In this document: positions 11,520-24,587 of the stretch, piece after piece
Numbering within the stretch: position 1 is the first letter of the stretch
Layout: each line of letters begins with the position of its first letter
Assembly: GCF_006345805.1 (NCBI RefSeq)
Contig: NC_043025.1
Location: 2,852,001 to 2,916,000, forward strand
Reading direction: 5' to 3'
Length of the DNA stretch: 64,000 nt
DNA from: Octopus sinensis
Taxonomy: Eukaryota
Notes under the pieces: model-generated
Seen by the model: the letters and a program-made list of their open reading frames with translations, nothing else
The model's database searches: none
What the model was told of the DNA's origin: nothing
Program-made: the position numbers and the translations under genes

Positions 11520-14090
11520 AAATAATGAAGTTACCTGAGAGGTAAAAGAAAAATTAAACAGGGCATAGCAGCAAACACTTGCCGCATAAAACGGTAGGAA
11601 AAACGGGAACGCTTCTTCCAGCAAAACAGAGAATTGAGAATAAACACAAAAAGTTTTTACAGAGAGTTAAACAAAGAAGACTATATCAATAGACATCATG
11701 CCAAGGACATCAGTGATTCAGTTATACTGGGAAGCAATATGGAACAAACCAAAACAATACAACAAAAATACTTAGAGGATTAATAGGGAAACGGGTAGGA
11801 AGAACACAATAGAACTACAGATATGTCCCACAATCACAAGCCAAGAGATCACGGACAACTGAGGAGTACCAGCCACTGGAAAACTTTAGGAATAAAGAAG
11901 GTTTCCAACTTCTAGTTGAAACACCTCATCAGTACCCATAACCACGCAGCAACAGCATTCAATTTATTGATGAGCCAGAATCAACATCAAACTGAATGCT
12001 GGAAAAATAAAGATACCGTACTTCCACAAAATTACAGACCAATAATATACCTATCAACATCAAACAAAACCCTAGCATCAGTAATCCATAACCGGCTTAT
12101 AAAGCATCTGGAAAACTACAATGTTTTAACAGAAGTAAAAAAAAGTGGTATGGGATAGGAATGCATGGCTGTAAGGAGCAACCTCTGGTAAACCGAGCCA
12201 TTACAGAGGACTGTAAGAGGAGAAAGACAAACTTGAACATGACTTGGATTGATTACCAGAAAGCATTCGACAGCATTCCACACTCATGTATACAGGAATT
12301 TCTCCACACGAATAATATAGCCTCACCACTACCAAAATATTTTAAACACGCAATGGCAAATCGGAAAATCAGTATAACATAAAAACTTACCCTACCCCGT
12401 GAGAAGAGGGATTTTTCAGGGAGACTCACTGTCAGACCCCTGCAGCTCTGCCTTTCTCCGTCCCCGCTAACAGACTTGTTAAGCAAAACCACTATGCTAT
12501 GGACAAAAAATAAAACATCTCCTGTACATGGGTTACCAAAACTTTTCTCTAAAAGTACTATGGAACAGAGAAACCTAACCAAAATTGTCCATAGTTTCAG
12601 TAAGGACATAGAAATGAGCATGCGGCTGGACAAATGTGCCAGATTCACACCGAGAGAGGCAAATTAATCAGTACTGAAAACTCTGCACTCGACATAGACA
12701 CAGAAATTAAAGAATTAGACCAAGATCGCTTATACAAATATCTGGGATTATACGAAACAGCTAAAATACAACACAGAAATATGAAAGAAACTTAGGAGAG
12801 AGTATTACAGAAGAGTTAAACTAATATTAAACACTGAACTTAATGCTAAAAAATAGGATAATAGGGATAAACACGCTAGTCATACCAGTTACAAATTATA
12901 GCTGTAACATAATAAACAGGAAGATCAGTAAATTGAGAAACCTAGATAGAAAATTAAGAAGACTACTAACAGCGCACCGAAGTCACCACACCAAAGCAGA
13001 CGCAAGCAGAATATATTTATCCCACTTAGAAGGAGATTGTGACCTGATACAGATAGAAAAATTACAATAAAATAACAACTGTTGGACTAAGGAAGTTCTT
13101 AGAAACAAAGTGTGGGAGACTATTGCATGTAGTTAAGCAACACGAGAATGAAACAGAAGCAACGTTCACTGATACATTGATTTCAGATGATAGTATGGCG
13201 GAAATATTCAAAGAGATAAAAAAGAAACCTATGAAAATAGAATTACAAAAGATACTGAAGAAGAAATGAAGGGAAAATCACTCCATTGCCAATATCCTGC
13301 AAGGCTTGACCAAGAGGAAGTGAGCCTGAGTAAAAGCCAAAAATGGCTCAAAAGCTCAGGTCTAAAAGCTGATACGGAAGGATTGATTCCCGCTGCACAA
13401 GACCAATCTCTCACTACAAACAATTATAAAAATAAAATAAGGAAAATAGGCCCAACACCAAATGCACAATGTGCAACCAAGACAATAAAACAGTTGACCA
13501 CATCATTACGTGCTGCCCAGTCTTTGCCAAGTCTGAATAGATATACAGACACAATAAGGTAAGCAGTTATATCCATTAGACAATATGCCAAAATTACATT
13601 AAAACTGACAATAGGTGGTATAAGCATATGCCAAAGAAGCTACAAGACAACGATCAGGCCACAATCATCTGGGATAGGCCGGTTCAAACCAGCAAAGAAA
13701 TAACAGGTAATCATCCAGACATGATAATCAAGGATTGGGGAAAAACACTTGCTTACTTGTAGACGGTGCAGTACTTTCTGATAAAATAGATAAATACAAT
13801 CCTCTTAAATACGAAATAGCCCGGCTATAGTAAATGAAGAAGGGGAAGATAGTGCCAATTGTTGCCAGGTCCTTGGGAACAGTATCAGAATGTATCAAGT
13901 GGAATATAGAGGAAATTGTAACAGAGTGCCTAGCAGAACTGTTACAAAAGGTTTGCCTCCTTGGCATGGCCAGAATAATCAGAAAAGTATTAGCTGAAAA
14001 GAACGGATAGCATAGTAGCCTAGGCTGCAGATAGAAAGCCCGCTATGCATGCAAGACTCCGAGAGTTCAAACGAAACCTGTGATAAAAAG
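11520..14090 (+). mobile_element. Decayed R4/Dong-type non-LTR retrotransposon (RT plus RLE)
   Basis: NYRPIIYL; GCKEQPLVN; WIDYQKAFDSIPHS; YKYLG; GLKADTEGLIPAAQDQSL; HPDMII; IVPIVARSLG; multiple stops and frameshifts. Confidence 0.88.
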
Positions 14091-14091
14091 A

Positions 14092-15865
14092 AATTGGATA
14101 ATGGAATGTATGAACCTATTTGGTATTGCATCGAATATTGAGAAATTGCTCGGAAAAATTATGGCGAATTGGAGGACGGACCTGACAGAAGTTTAGGGAG
14201 AGTTGAAATCAGGAGGGGTATCTTCCAAGGGGACTGCCTGTCACCACTGGTCTTTGTACTGTGCTTGATACCACTAACACTGATACTGAGGAAAGCAAAA
14301 GTTGGGTATGCATTCAAAAGCCGCCAACAAAAAGTCAACCATTTGTTATTCATGGATGATATCAAACTTTATGGTAAAGACGAAGCCCAAGTCAGTTCCA
14401 TCGTTTATACGGTGTATACCTTCAGTGCTGATATTAGAATGGAGTTCGGACTGAGAAAGTGTGGTATGTTAGATTTGAAGAGAGGCAAAATCAAATGAAT
14501 GCACGGACTAACGATACCGTCGGAGGAGGTTATGAAGCAGATAGAAGAGACGGACTATAAGTACTTGAGGGATTTTGGAAATGGATAAATTGATGGAGAA
14601 AGAAATGACAGAAACATTTAAGGAGGAGTACTTGCGCAGACTGAGTCGGATCCTTAAATCGAAATTAAATGGACGGAATAAGATGGAAGCTATCAACACC
14701 TGGGTGGTTTTAATCTTTAGATATGGAGCAGGGGAAATCGCATGGACAGTCGCCGAACTATACAGCTTAGATATAAAGACAAGGAAGTTGCTTACCAGAT
14801 ATGAGATACTCCAAACAAAAAGTGTCACAGACAGACTATATGTACCAAGAAAATGAGGGAGAAGAGGACTGATTGGATGCGCACACAGCATTAGAGCAGA
14901 AGAAAACAACATAACAAAATGCCACAGAACCGTTATTATTAGAAGAAGGTGAGGCTTGTGTAGGATGAAATATTGCAAAGATAAAGCACTGTACGAGCAA
15001 TTGAAAAGGAATGAAACTGAAAATAGGTGGGTAAAGAATATAGTGCATGGACCATTTCATAGGGATGTTGAAAATAAGACAGACAGAGAAAAAAGATGGC
15101 TGTGGATGACTAAAAGTGATTTAAAACCGGAAACTAATCTGTACTGCCCAAGAGCAAGCACTAAGAACAAACTACATAAAATACAGAGTAGACGACACAG
15201 CAGAAAGTGATAAGTGCAGAATCTGTGGACAAAATGGTGAAACCGTATGGCATATTACCAGCCAATGTACGCCACTAGCACAGAAGGAATATAAGAGACG
15301 CCACGACAATATAGCAAGGCTTGTCCATTGGACAATTTGCAACAAATATGGACTTGATAGAGAAAAATATTGGTACGACCTCAAGCCCGAAAGCATCATC
15401 GAAAAGGATAATGCAAAGACCTTGTGGGATTTTATGATTCAGTGGGACCATGAGATAGAGAATAGGAAGCCAGGCATAGTCTTAATTGAGAAAGAAAACA
15501 AACTATGCTGGATCATAGATATAACATACCCAGCTGACAACAAGGTATGCGATAAGGAAGAAAGAAAAGTCGATAGATATGACAGGTTAGCTTGGGAGGT
15601 AAAGCAGTTGTGGTCAATGAAGAAGGTGGTAGTAGTACCAATTATTGTCGGAGCCCTGGGAACAATGAGTAAAAATCTCGAGAAGTTCATGAAACAAATA
15701 GGGGCTGAAATAAGGGTGGAGCACTTGCAGAAAACAGCCTTGCATGGAACCGCTCGAATATTCCGGAAGGTGCTCGTAAAATAAGAGGTGTTGTGTTACT
15801 TTAGTTCCCTGGTAGTGAACAGCTGACAACGTAGTACATCTCCAGCGTTAGAAGCTGTGCAAAGG
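14092..15865 (+). mobile_element. 5'-truncated R4/Dong-type LINE (second family)
   Basis: RRGIFQGDCLSPLVF; NHLLFMDDIKLY; CRICGQNGETVWHITSQC (CCHC); RKPGIVLIEK..IIDITYP; VVPIIVGALG; ends in (AAT)n. Confidence 0.92.
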
Positions 15866-15867
15866 CA

Positions 15868-15915
15868 ATAATAATAATAATAATAATAACAACAATAATA
15901 ATAATGATAATGATG

Positions 15916-15972
<57 letters not shown>

Positions 15973-15978
15973 TTGATA
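15868..15978. repeat. (AAT)n microsatellite
   Basis: Direct reading; Dong target or tail. Confidence 0.95.
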
Positions 15979-17001
15979 ATCTTTTCTTGAGTTTGTAAGT
16001 CATGTAATAGAAGATAACTATTTCATTTTCATTTCAATACATTTTAATCTTTCTATATGCCTTTGAGTCTGTCTCATTTGGTGTGTTTTAACCGATACCA
16101 AATAATCCATTGATAAGGAGGCAATCAGGTAATCACTAAAGCAAAAACAAATCTCAATTCGATTGTCCTATTCAGTTATATGTGGTCGAAGTATTGTCTG
16201 AGTAGGAAAGATGAATAAGAGAAGACAGATACGAATGTAGGCCATGCCCACCACTACATACTGCAGCAGATTTATTCGAAAGGAGAAATGAGAAAGTGAT
16301 AATTAAAATAACAGCAACCAAAACGATATTTGCAGATAAAACATGAGGTTAGTTTACATGTTCTTCTTTCGGTCTTAAATTATTCTTCACATATAAGCAC
16401 AAAGGAAAATATACTAATATTACAATGTTGAAACGAGTATTAATTTATTTTTTAATTTACCTTATAATTTTAAATTACCTTATCCATACTACATTTATTT
16501 TAATTTTAAAATACTTATTCTCTCTTGAAAAATATTAGTTTTGAAACAGTAATATCATTCTTCGTAAAGAATATATTGATTACTTTCCATTGCAATTCTC
16601 ATTAAGACAACCAATCATATTTCATATTTAAAATTAATATTGATCAAATGAATTTTCCATTGCTACCAAAATAATGTATCTACCAGACAACTTTGTTCTG
16701 CTTCGTTTCTGTGTATTTGAATGGGTCAATAACAGTTTAAAGATGAAAGGAATTTTGCCACATCATAACGCAACACTAACACGGTCTTATAAATAAAATT
16801 TTTTTATAAGTTTACTGGTTTACCTCCGCCCTTCTTATATTGGGCAAACGTTGTTAGTTTTACTACTATCATCTCCTGTAAAATGTCCTCAGTTCCCAAG
16901 CGGTGTGGTTAAGCTTTGATAGGGATAGACTGGTGTTACATTTCTCTCTCCATCTTCACACTCACACACATATTTATATGTGTATATACATATATACATA
17001 C

Positions 17002-17074
<73 letters not shown>

Positions 17075-17360
17075 TGGTGGCTGCCCCCTCGTTATCGAGT
17101 ATGGCCATTGCTAGAAGGATGCCCTAACAAAGGCTAGGAGTCCTTCACACCCAATGGTTCAACCGCGCGTACGGGTATTCAGTCCGATTATTTCTATGTC
17201 CCCGCGCATGATACAGCCTTAAGACATTTATTGGATGGCCGTTGACTCTCAAGAGTTCCTCCGCCCTTTGACGTGTTTTGTTTTTCATCTCGCAGGGAGT
17301 CCAATAAACACCCACCTCACCAAGCAAGCTTGGTGGGGTTGCCGGTTTAGTCGCCGACAT
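17075..17360 (-). mobile_element. GC-richer interspersed repeat (LINE 5' end or SINE-like)
   Basis: GC-rich island between microsatellites (gtcggcgactaaaccggcaaccccaccaagcttgcttggtgagg..); family not determined. Confidence 0.4.
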
Positions 17361-17589
17361 ACATACATACACACACACATACATATATATATAAGCATAC
17401 AAACACACACATGTATATTATGCGATCGATTAACATTCAGTGTTATTACATCGCACATTTTTGTAATTTGGCAATCTGTCCGAAACTTCCGATTCAAAAT
17501 ATATATATCTCTCTTCTTCTGTGTTCATATATACATATGAATAAATTCAAACACATATAGACACATCACACGATGTATGTAAACAAATG

Positions 17590-18047
17590 TAGAATAATGC
17601 TGAATAGCAGAGAATATCTACTGCAGATAAAATTTGTCAGTGGCTAGCCATGACACTCGAACTTACATCGCTGTGATTACTGGTCAAGTGCTTTATCTTT
17701 AAGCTAAACTACCCACTAACAAATTCTTCTGCAATTTTTCAGCTTATAAATTTAGCTTTTATAGACGCTGTATGTGAAATTCAAATTACGATATAATGTA
17801 AACAAAGCTTTTTTTGAAGCGTTGAGGTGTATTGAAATATACATATAAGGAAATAATTTATTCTCAAACAAAATTTTTTCTGCAATATATGGATATTCTA
17901 TCTTATTTAAGCTATTCAGCCTTATTCTGCGTTTGAGAATAAATTATCTCCATATCTGTATATTTCAATACTTCTCAACGCTTCTAAAAAGCAAACTTTG
18001 TTTACATATATCATCATTTGAATTTCACATACAGCGTCTATAAAAAA
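17590..18047. repeat. Nested inverted-repeat element containing a tRNA-like head
   Basis: Arms 17757-17870 / 17931-18046 and 17597-17636 / 17870-17920; minus-strand tRNA-like 17640-17717 with A-box-like tagctta and B-box-like agttcgagt. Confidence 0.7.
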
Positions 18048-18639
18048 TAAATTACTATGTTCACGAAAAGCGACTGAGTTCGAATCCTACATGCAATCTA
18101 TGTGTTTTCAAAAGAGAGGGGTGTTGTGTAGAAATGTGTTAAAATCCACATAATTTCAATATCGTGTGTGAAACAAATTATCTTTTACAGAGAGGCGTTT
18201 CTTTTGTAGTACACACACACACGCGCGCATATATGTGGCCGCGTCTCACATTGATGAATACAGGATAGCCCAAGCATACTTTTCAGGACTCGATACAAAA
18301 ATACAACAAACAGAATGCAAAAAGTTATGAAATAGGGTAGAATGGCTTTCAGATGAAATCGACTGTGGAGTGCGCCGATTCATTTGATGGCTGGTCATGC
18401 ATGTCGAGCATGACGCGGCTACTACGAACACTTGAAAACTACCAACAGCGATACGTCACCTATGTAACTTCAAAATTAGTTTGTCAACTGATGATGCATG
18501 TCTGTACTGTTGAGTGCATCCGAATTCATTATATTGTGCTCCACCAGTTTGAGAGCAGTGCACAACTATGCTGAAAAGATCTTCGTGATTAATAAAGTTT
18601 CCAGGATACTCCGTATTTTGTATTAATCATTTAGAATAT

Positions 18640-21275
18640 GCCCAACGTGCACCAAGGAATTCCTAACATAGATTCAGCGACGAACGTGCATTTGCTCCAG
18701 ATGATGCCAGGTAGCCAGAAGTGGTGAACGTGCTCTGCCGGTACACGACGAAGGAATATTCAAAATAAGTTTTGGATGTAAATTCTAGATTTCTTATCTG
18801 ATGTTTAATCTTAGCTGTAACTTACACATATAAGAAAACCAACAAAAACTCAGATGGCCTTAGAAACATTCAAAATGGAAATAGATCTGTTAAGAGCCAA
18901 TTCCAGCGAAGAAAATTTCAAGGCACTCGACAATGAAAGAGAAACTGAAATTTCAAAATACTGTGAAGGCATATTCCATGATAAAACAACCAAACTTTGG
19001 AAGAAAAAAAACTATGAGTACGAAGAACTAACATTCATCGAACGGTGGGGACGGATACCAACTGGTTGGTCAATTATGGAATAGCAGGCAACACAATAAC
19101 CTTACCAAACGAACCCAGGCACTCTCCAGACCCCTGCCCTACACCATAGATCTCAGCTGCTCAGGGTTCATTTCAAAATCGAAGATTACAACCGACACAA
19201 AGTAATCCGGTCCAAAACCATACATCCCAACCTACAAAAAGGAATCAGGTCCAAAACAGATCTCAATTCACGCAAAAGAACAAAAATGACAACCATCACT
19301 AACAACAAATCAGAGCTGGGAATGTTCGAAACTACTATAGAAATCTACACAATAGCAGGGACAATGCCACTAGACACCGAAATACTAGGCATAGAGCAAT
19401 TTCTAGAACTCATTGTTTAGACCAAGGCAATAGAATCCACGACATCAGATGGTATAAACCAGCTTTGAAAAATCAAAAATAATTAATCTTTCAAGCTTAA
19501 ACCTTCCACCCCATCAAATTAAAATTCTTTAAAAGGACTGAAATTCACACCAACACCACAGCATTCTAACTTCTACATGACGATATTTCACACTTCTGAA
19601 GAAAATTACATCTAACAGAAAAAGTTTTAGAGAAGAAGAATAATGATGAATCAATGGTACAGATTAGAAGCAGATAAAACACTACAAAGAGCAGGAAGAA
19701 ACTGTAGACACATCAACTTTCCTTTACAATGAACTACCGCAACCTAAACCCAAATCCAATACCAGTCGAAGGGAATGGGAGATCATCCACGAGTTAAAAA
19801 GCAATAATGACACCATAATTAAGGAAGCGGATAAAGGGAGTACTGTTGTGATTATGGATACGAAACACTACAAAAATTCTATATCTCACCTCTTGCAAGA
19901 TACTAGGAAAGAGTAGACAAGTATCAGCAGCCAAAAACTATGACCAAATTAAACGCACTCATTTGCCAACATAAAAAAAAAACTTAGCGAGAACAGAATG
20001 CAGCTATGTAACACATTTTGAATGTAAAACCAGCAACCTCTAAAGAGTCCCGAAAATCCACCACAGCAAAATTATTAACGAAGCCTGCAAAAAGTCTACC
20101 TCAACCTGCGTCAATGTATCACACCCCCACTGACCTCAAACTGAGACCAATTATGTCTGGCCCAAATTGTGAAGTACACCGACAAAGCAACTTCATACAC
20201 ATACTACTAAAACTAATTCTCAATTTCTCAATATTGCAAGAGATTACCTGGATCACCTAAGCCAGCTCCCCAAGCACGCTAACGTGGACATTTTCATCCG
20301 TCTGCTTTGATGTGATAAACCTTTCCACTACAATTCCACACCAATACGAACTGGAAGCGATAAGGTTCTGGCTGGAAAACTACTCCCGGAAAGAAAAAAA
20401 AACAAACCATAGATAATCTAGCTATGGCTTACCTGGAATTGGAAATATATGAACAATCCAAATCAAAGTATGGCCTGAAAACACACACACACACACACTT
20501 ACACACAAATACACACCCTTCTTTACTTATGAGTCATATATACAAACCCCAAAATATCAGCCAAAAACTGCAAAACTATAAGGGAACCAGCTTACCAAAC
20601 AAGCCTTTCTTGGTTCCACAACAACTATTCGAAACCAGAACAATCGCGAACTATCTTTTGATCGTGTGACTGCCATCAACCACCGACACGATTATTTTAG
20701 AGAAAGCAATTCTATGGCACTTTGTTTTAAAACAAAAACCATCATTTGATCACGAGACTGCCATCAACCAATCTCATTGTTGCTTTCTATAAAGAAGGCT
20801 ATTTTGAGCCACCATTTCTATATAGAATAAAACTAGAAGTAACAGTGAAATTTCATCTGGATGCAGGTTCCTACGTCCAGATCCGAAAGCTATAGATGGT
20901 CTGTTATTTCTCTACACACATTTTTCTCAATTTAAGATGCTGCGAGCAATTACGCTTTCTGTTCACAGTGAGGCTAAAACTTTAGCACCCACGGATTAGT
21001 AAACCAGTCACGTTTTATCTTCTTGTCAAAGACTCTATTACTAGATTGGGATATATTTATGTAAACTAATTATATTCTCCTTATCATTGTGAAAAATTTC
21101 ATTACCTGATCTGAACGTTTTTATGTAATCTATCACTTAATTTGAATATGTATAAGTAAACTAATTTTTAACACCACATATGATACACAAAACCTCATGC
21201 TTTTGAAAATCGTTTTAAATAAGTGAAACTGGTCAATAGATACTTTTAAAAGTCTCCTGCATTTTCAGATGCTTT

Positions 21276-21280
<5 letters not shown>
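18640..21280 (+). mobile_element. Decayed Penelope-like element
   Basis: TIIKEADKGSTVVIMD; LKLRPIMSGPNC; FDVINLSTTIPHQYELEAIRFWLE; degenerate hammerhead TTGAAAA..GAAACTGGTC at 21203-21234. Confidence 0.8.
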
Positions 21281-21366
<86 letters not shown>

Positions 21367-21371
21367 AATAA

Positions 21372-21622
21372 ATAAATGGAGTTTAACGCAGGTGTAAATC
21401 AAATATTCTTACTTTCGACACATGTTTCGAAAATTCCACTGATACTATTCAAAAGAATAACTGGTATAAACAATGCAATCTTCTCTTCAGGAAAGTGAAA
21501 AAAGTGAAGAGAAGATTGCATTGTTTATACCATTTATTCTTTTGAATACTATCAGTGGAATTTTCGAAACATGTGTCGAAAGTAAAAATATTTGATTACA
21601 CCTGCGTTAAACTCCATTTAAT
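21372..21622. repeat. About 250-bp near-perfect palindrome
   Basis: About 115-bp arms (aataaatggagtttaacgcaggtg..ttctcttca / tgaagagaag..cacctgcgttaaactccattta). Confidence 0.95.
21411..21496 (-). ncRNA. Intact type I hammerhead ribozyme motif
   Basis: ACTTTC CTGAAGA gaagatt..aattttc GAAAC atgt GTC GAAAGT: perfect 6-bp stem I, canonical core, GUC cleavage triplet. Confidence 0.8.
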
Positions 21623-21769
21623 TATTCATATATTATTCAAAATATTCCACGTAAACACGAAGTTTCTACCTTTATAAACAAGGAGTTAAAACATCTTTAC
21701 TTGTGAGAGTTTTGCTACCCTGGTAACTATTTTTTCCCGTGTTAATTGTTAACAAGGTAAAAATACACT

Positions 21770-21772
21770 CAT

Positions 21773-21809
<37 letters not shown>

Positions 21810-21832
21810 TATATAGATATATGTGTGTGTGC

Positions 21833-21880
<48 letters not shown>

Positions 21881-22330
21881 GTGTGTCTGTGTGAATCCCT
21901 ATGACTTGAGAACTGCACAAATTTTACATTCAAATTTTACACATGCCTTACTTAGGGTCCGGGGAGTGTCATCGGCAAAAAAAGTTTTAACTTTTAGCCT
22001 AGGTCGAGCCCACGGCAATACCATATCTTCTCCACTATGAATCCCTAGAACTTGAGAACTACACAACCAATTTCATTCAAATGTTACACATACCTTACTT
22101 AGGGTCCATGTAGTGTAAGGAGCAAAACATTTCTAACTTCTTTCCTAGGGTGAGCTCACAGCAATATCATATCTTCTCCACTATTTCAGTATTACGTGTT
22201 AAAAGTGAAACAAAAACATCTCTATTGTAATGTCAGATACTTTCACTTTCATACTGAAACTATTAAAGTCAAACTATTATATAAGAGGGTTGAACCATTA
22301 ACAGTGGACATCCATTTTGCTAGAAGATAC
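21770..22330 (+). mobile_element. Non-autonomous Helitron-like 5' portion with internal tandem subrepeat of about 145 bp
   Basis: a|tctttatatat..(gt)n..tgaatcccta..cttgagaact.cac..cattcaaa..ttacacat.ccttacttagggtcc repeated twice; inverted relative at 30460-30640, another piece at 41730-41875. Confidence 0.55.
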
Positions 22331-22577
22331 GCTATGGTCTTATATGCTACACCACTGGTGTATTCATATTAATAAAATTAATATTCAATTTCTCACCGTT
22401 ATTTTTTGAATTTAAATTTAAGCACAGGACCATGTGTTTTGGAAAGACGTTTGTTACCACACAGCCACGCCTGCACCTATGTATGTGTGTGTGTATGTAT
22501 GATATAGCTGTATATGTATATGTATACATTTATTTCTATACATATAGATGTATATCTATACATGTATATGATGTGTA

Positions 22578-22621
<44 letters not shown>

Positions 22622-22669
22622 TTTACATGCATACATATATACACACATACACACATGCACACACACTTA

Positions 22670-23295
22670 CATAGCTGAAGGTGTGTCTGTGTGGTAACAA
22701 ACATCGTTCCAAAACACATGGTCCTGGGTTCAGTCCCACTGTGTGGTGACTTGACATGTATCTTCTGCTATAGCCTCAGACCACCAAAAGCCTTGTCAGT
22801 GGATTTTGTAGACAGAAACTGAAAGAAATCAATCGTATATATATATATATGTACGTATATATGTAAGTCTGTGTGTGTGTCTTTGTGTTTCTCCCTCATC
22901 ACTGCCTCGCAACCGGTGTTCGTTTATTTACATCCCCATAACATACTGGTTTCACAAGAAGAAACTAATAGATTAAGTACCAGTCTTATAAAAAAAAACA
23001 TTAGGCAGTATCTCATTTTTGTTTGCCCACACAGTTTATCTGTGTGTGCATGTGTGTGTGTGTGTACATACATATATATATATATATATATATGGATTTC
23101 GTAGACAGAAACTTAAAGAAATCAATCGTATATATATATATATATGTATATGTATATATTTAAGTGTATGTGTATGACTTTGCTTCTGTGTTTCTCACTC
23201 ATCCCTGCTTCATAACTGGTGTTCGTTTATTTACATCCCCATAACTTACTGGTTTCACAAGAAGAAACTAATAGAATAAGTACCAGGCTTATCAA
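22670..23295 (+). mobile_element. Decayed SINE copies (tRNA head plus body)
   Basis: gtggtaac..acacatggtcctgggttcagtcccactg..tagacagaaactgaaagaa; inverted head copy at 22424-22480; related head at 60536-60625. Confidence 0.7.
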
Positions 23296-23392
23296 CATAA
23301 AAAAGCACTACGCTGTGTCTCATATTTTTGTTTGCCCATTCAGTTGTGTCTATCAATTTATCTTTGTGTGCATATATATATATATATAAAAT

Positions 23393-23472
<80 letters not shown>

Positions 23473-24169
23473 GTGTATGTATATGTGTACATTCATATTT
23501 ATTATATCAAAGACAATGTCTTAATGTGTTCGTGTATTACTTATACATTCGAAAACTGCTGCCCCGATCATAATGAAATTTGGAACACAAAATCGAAGTC
23601 TAGGGAGAAGGATAATGCTGTGTGTTTCATACAATTTCATGGATCAAAATTACTGAATGGATTCTTATGATATTTGAATCTTATATTCAATGCATAAGGG
23701 CAGGTATAATGCAATATGTTTGGTTTGAATTTCAGATGGCTTAAAGGGAGCAGAAACCCCCATGAAAATTCATAAATGTTCGATGTTGATAAAATTTCAA
23801 CCATGGGTAATTGACACACATCAAGAAGTATTCTCAAAGTTTCCACTTCACATGAGGATTCTATGACACCCCAGTGAGGGCCTTAACCTCCCAAATTTTA
23901 GTAATTTCTTTTATGATCCAAAATTAAGTCAAAAGTACATATAGTATTGGATTGACAGGCCCTAAAGAGAATGGGGACTTTGATAGCTGGCTATGAGGTT
24001 AAACGTCATGGCGTGGCCAAGAATTTGGTAGGGGCGTGATTCCCGTCTTTAGAATTGATGGCTGGTTACACTGACAGACATACACACTAAAATTAATATA
24101 TAAGTAATAATAATATATATGTGCATGTGTATGTTTATATCTGTATATACATACATATACAACACGCGT

Positions 24170-24203
<34 letters not shown>

Positions 24204-24515
24204 CGTGTGTGTGTGCGTATGTGTGTGTGTGTGTGTCTGTGTGTGTGTGTGTGTAGGTCGGTATGTTGGCCACTCTTATAATTCCAGTTTATTATGTGTA
24301 TTTATAAACATGGAGGAAACTAGGTCAAACGAATTGTCATGGTATTTGAACATAAACTTTACAATGATAAAGCACAATGCTCGGAAACCGTGTTGATCCG
24401 CTGAAATTTAGACCAACTCATCGCTATATTTTACCACCTACACTTAGCAAAGAACTGATAATTTGGTGAACTCATTTTATGATTTTAATTTTCCAACAAA
24501 GAGACTTTTCCTTAC

Positions 24516-24587
24516 ATTTTCTTTATACTGGACAGGAATAGGAAAGCGCCATCTTCATACTTTTGTATTTGGTTGTCTTGCAACTCT
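24516..24587 (-). CDS. Exon (LRR unit) of LRR/Ly6-uPAR cell-surface protein gene
   Basis: tttattttcag acceptor and gtaagg donor; 72-nt phase 2-2 exon typical of LRR genes; translates ELQDNQIQKYEDGAFLFLSSIKK(I), fitting the LxxNxIxx..gaF..L..L..L LRR consensus; joins in frame to 10883-10726. Confidence 0.85.

Noticed and set aside
17640-17717. Functional tRNA gene
   Set aside because: Stems and boxes are degenerate; treated as a SINE-like head.
18245-18600. Possible piggyBac C-terminal Cys-rich remnant
   Set aside because: Too decayed; no TTAA or TIR and no catalytic motifs seen.
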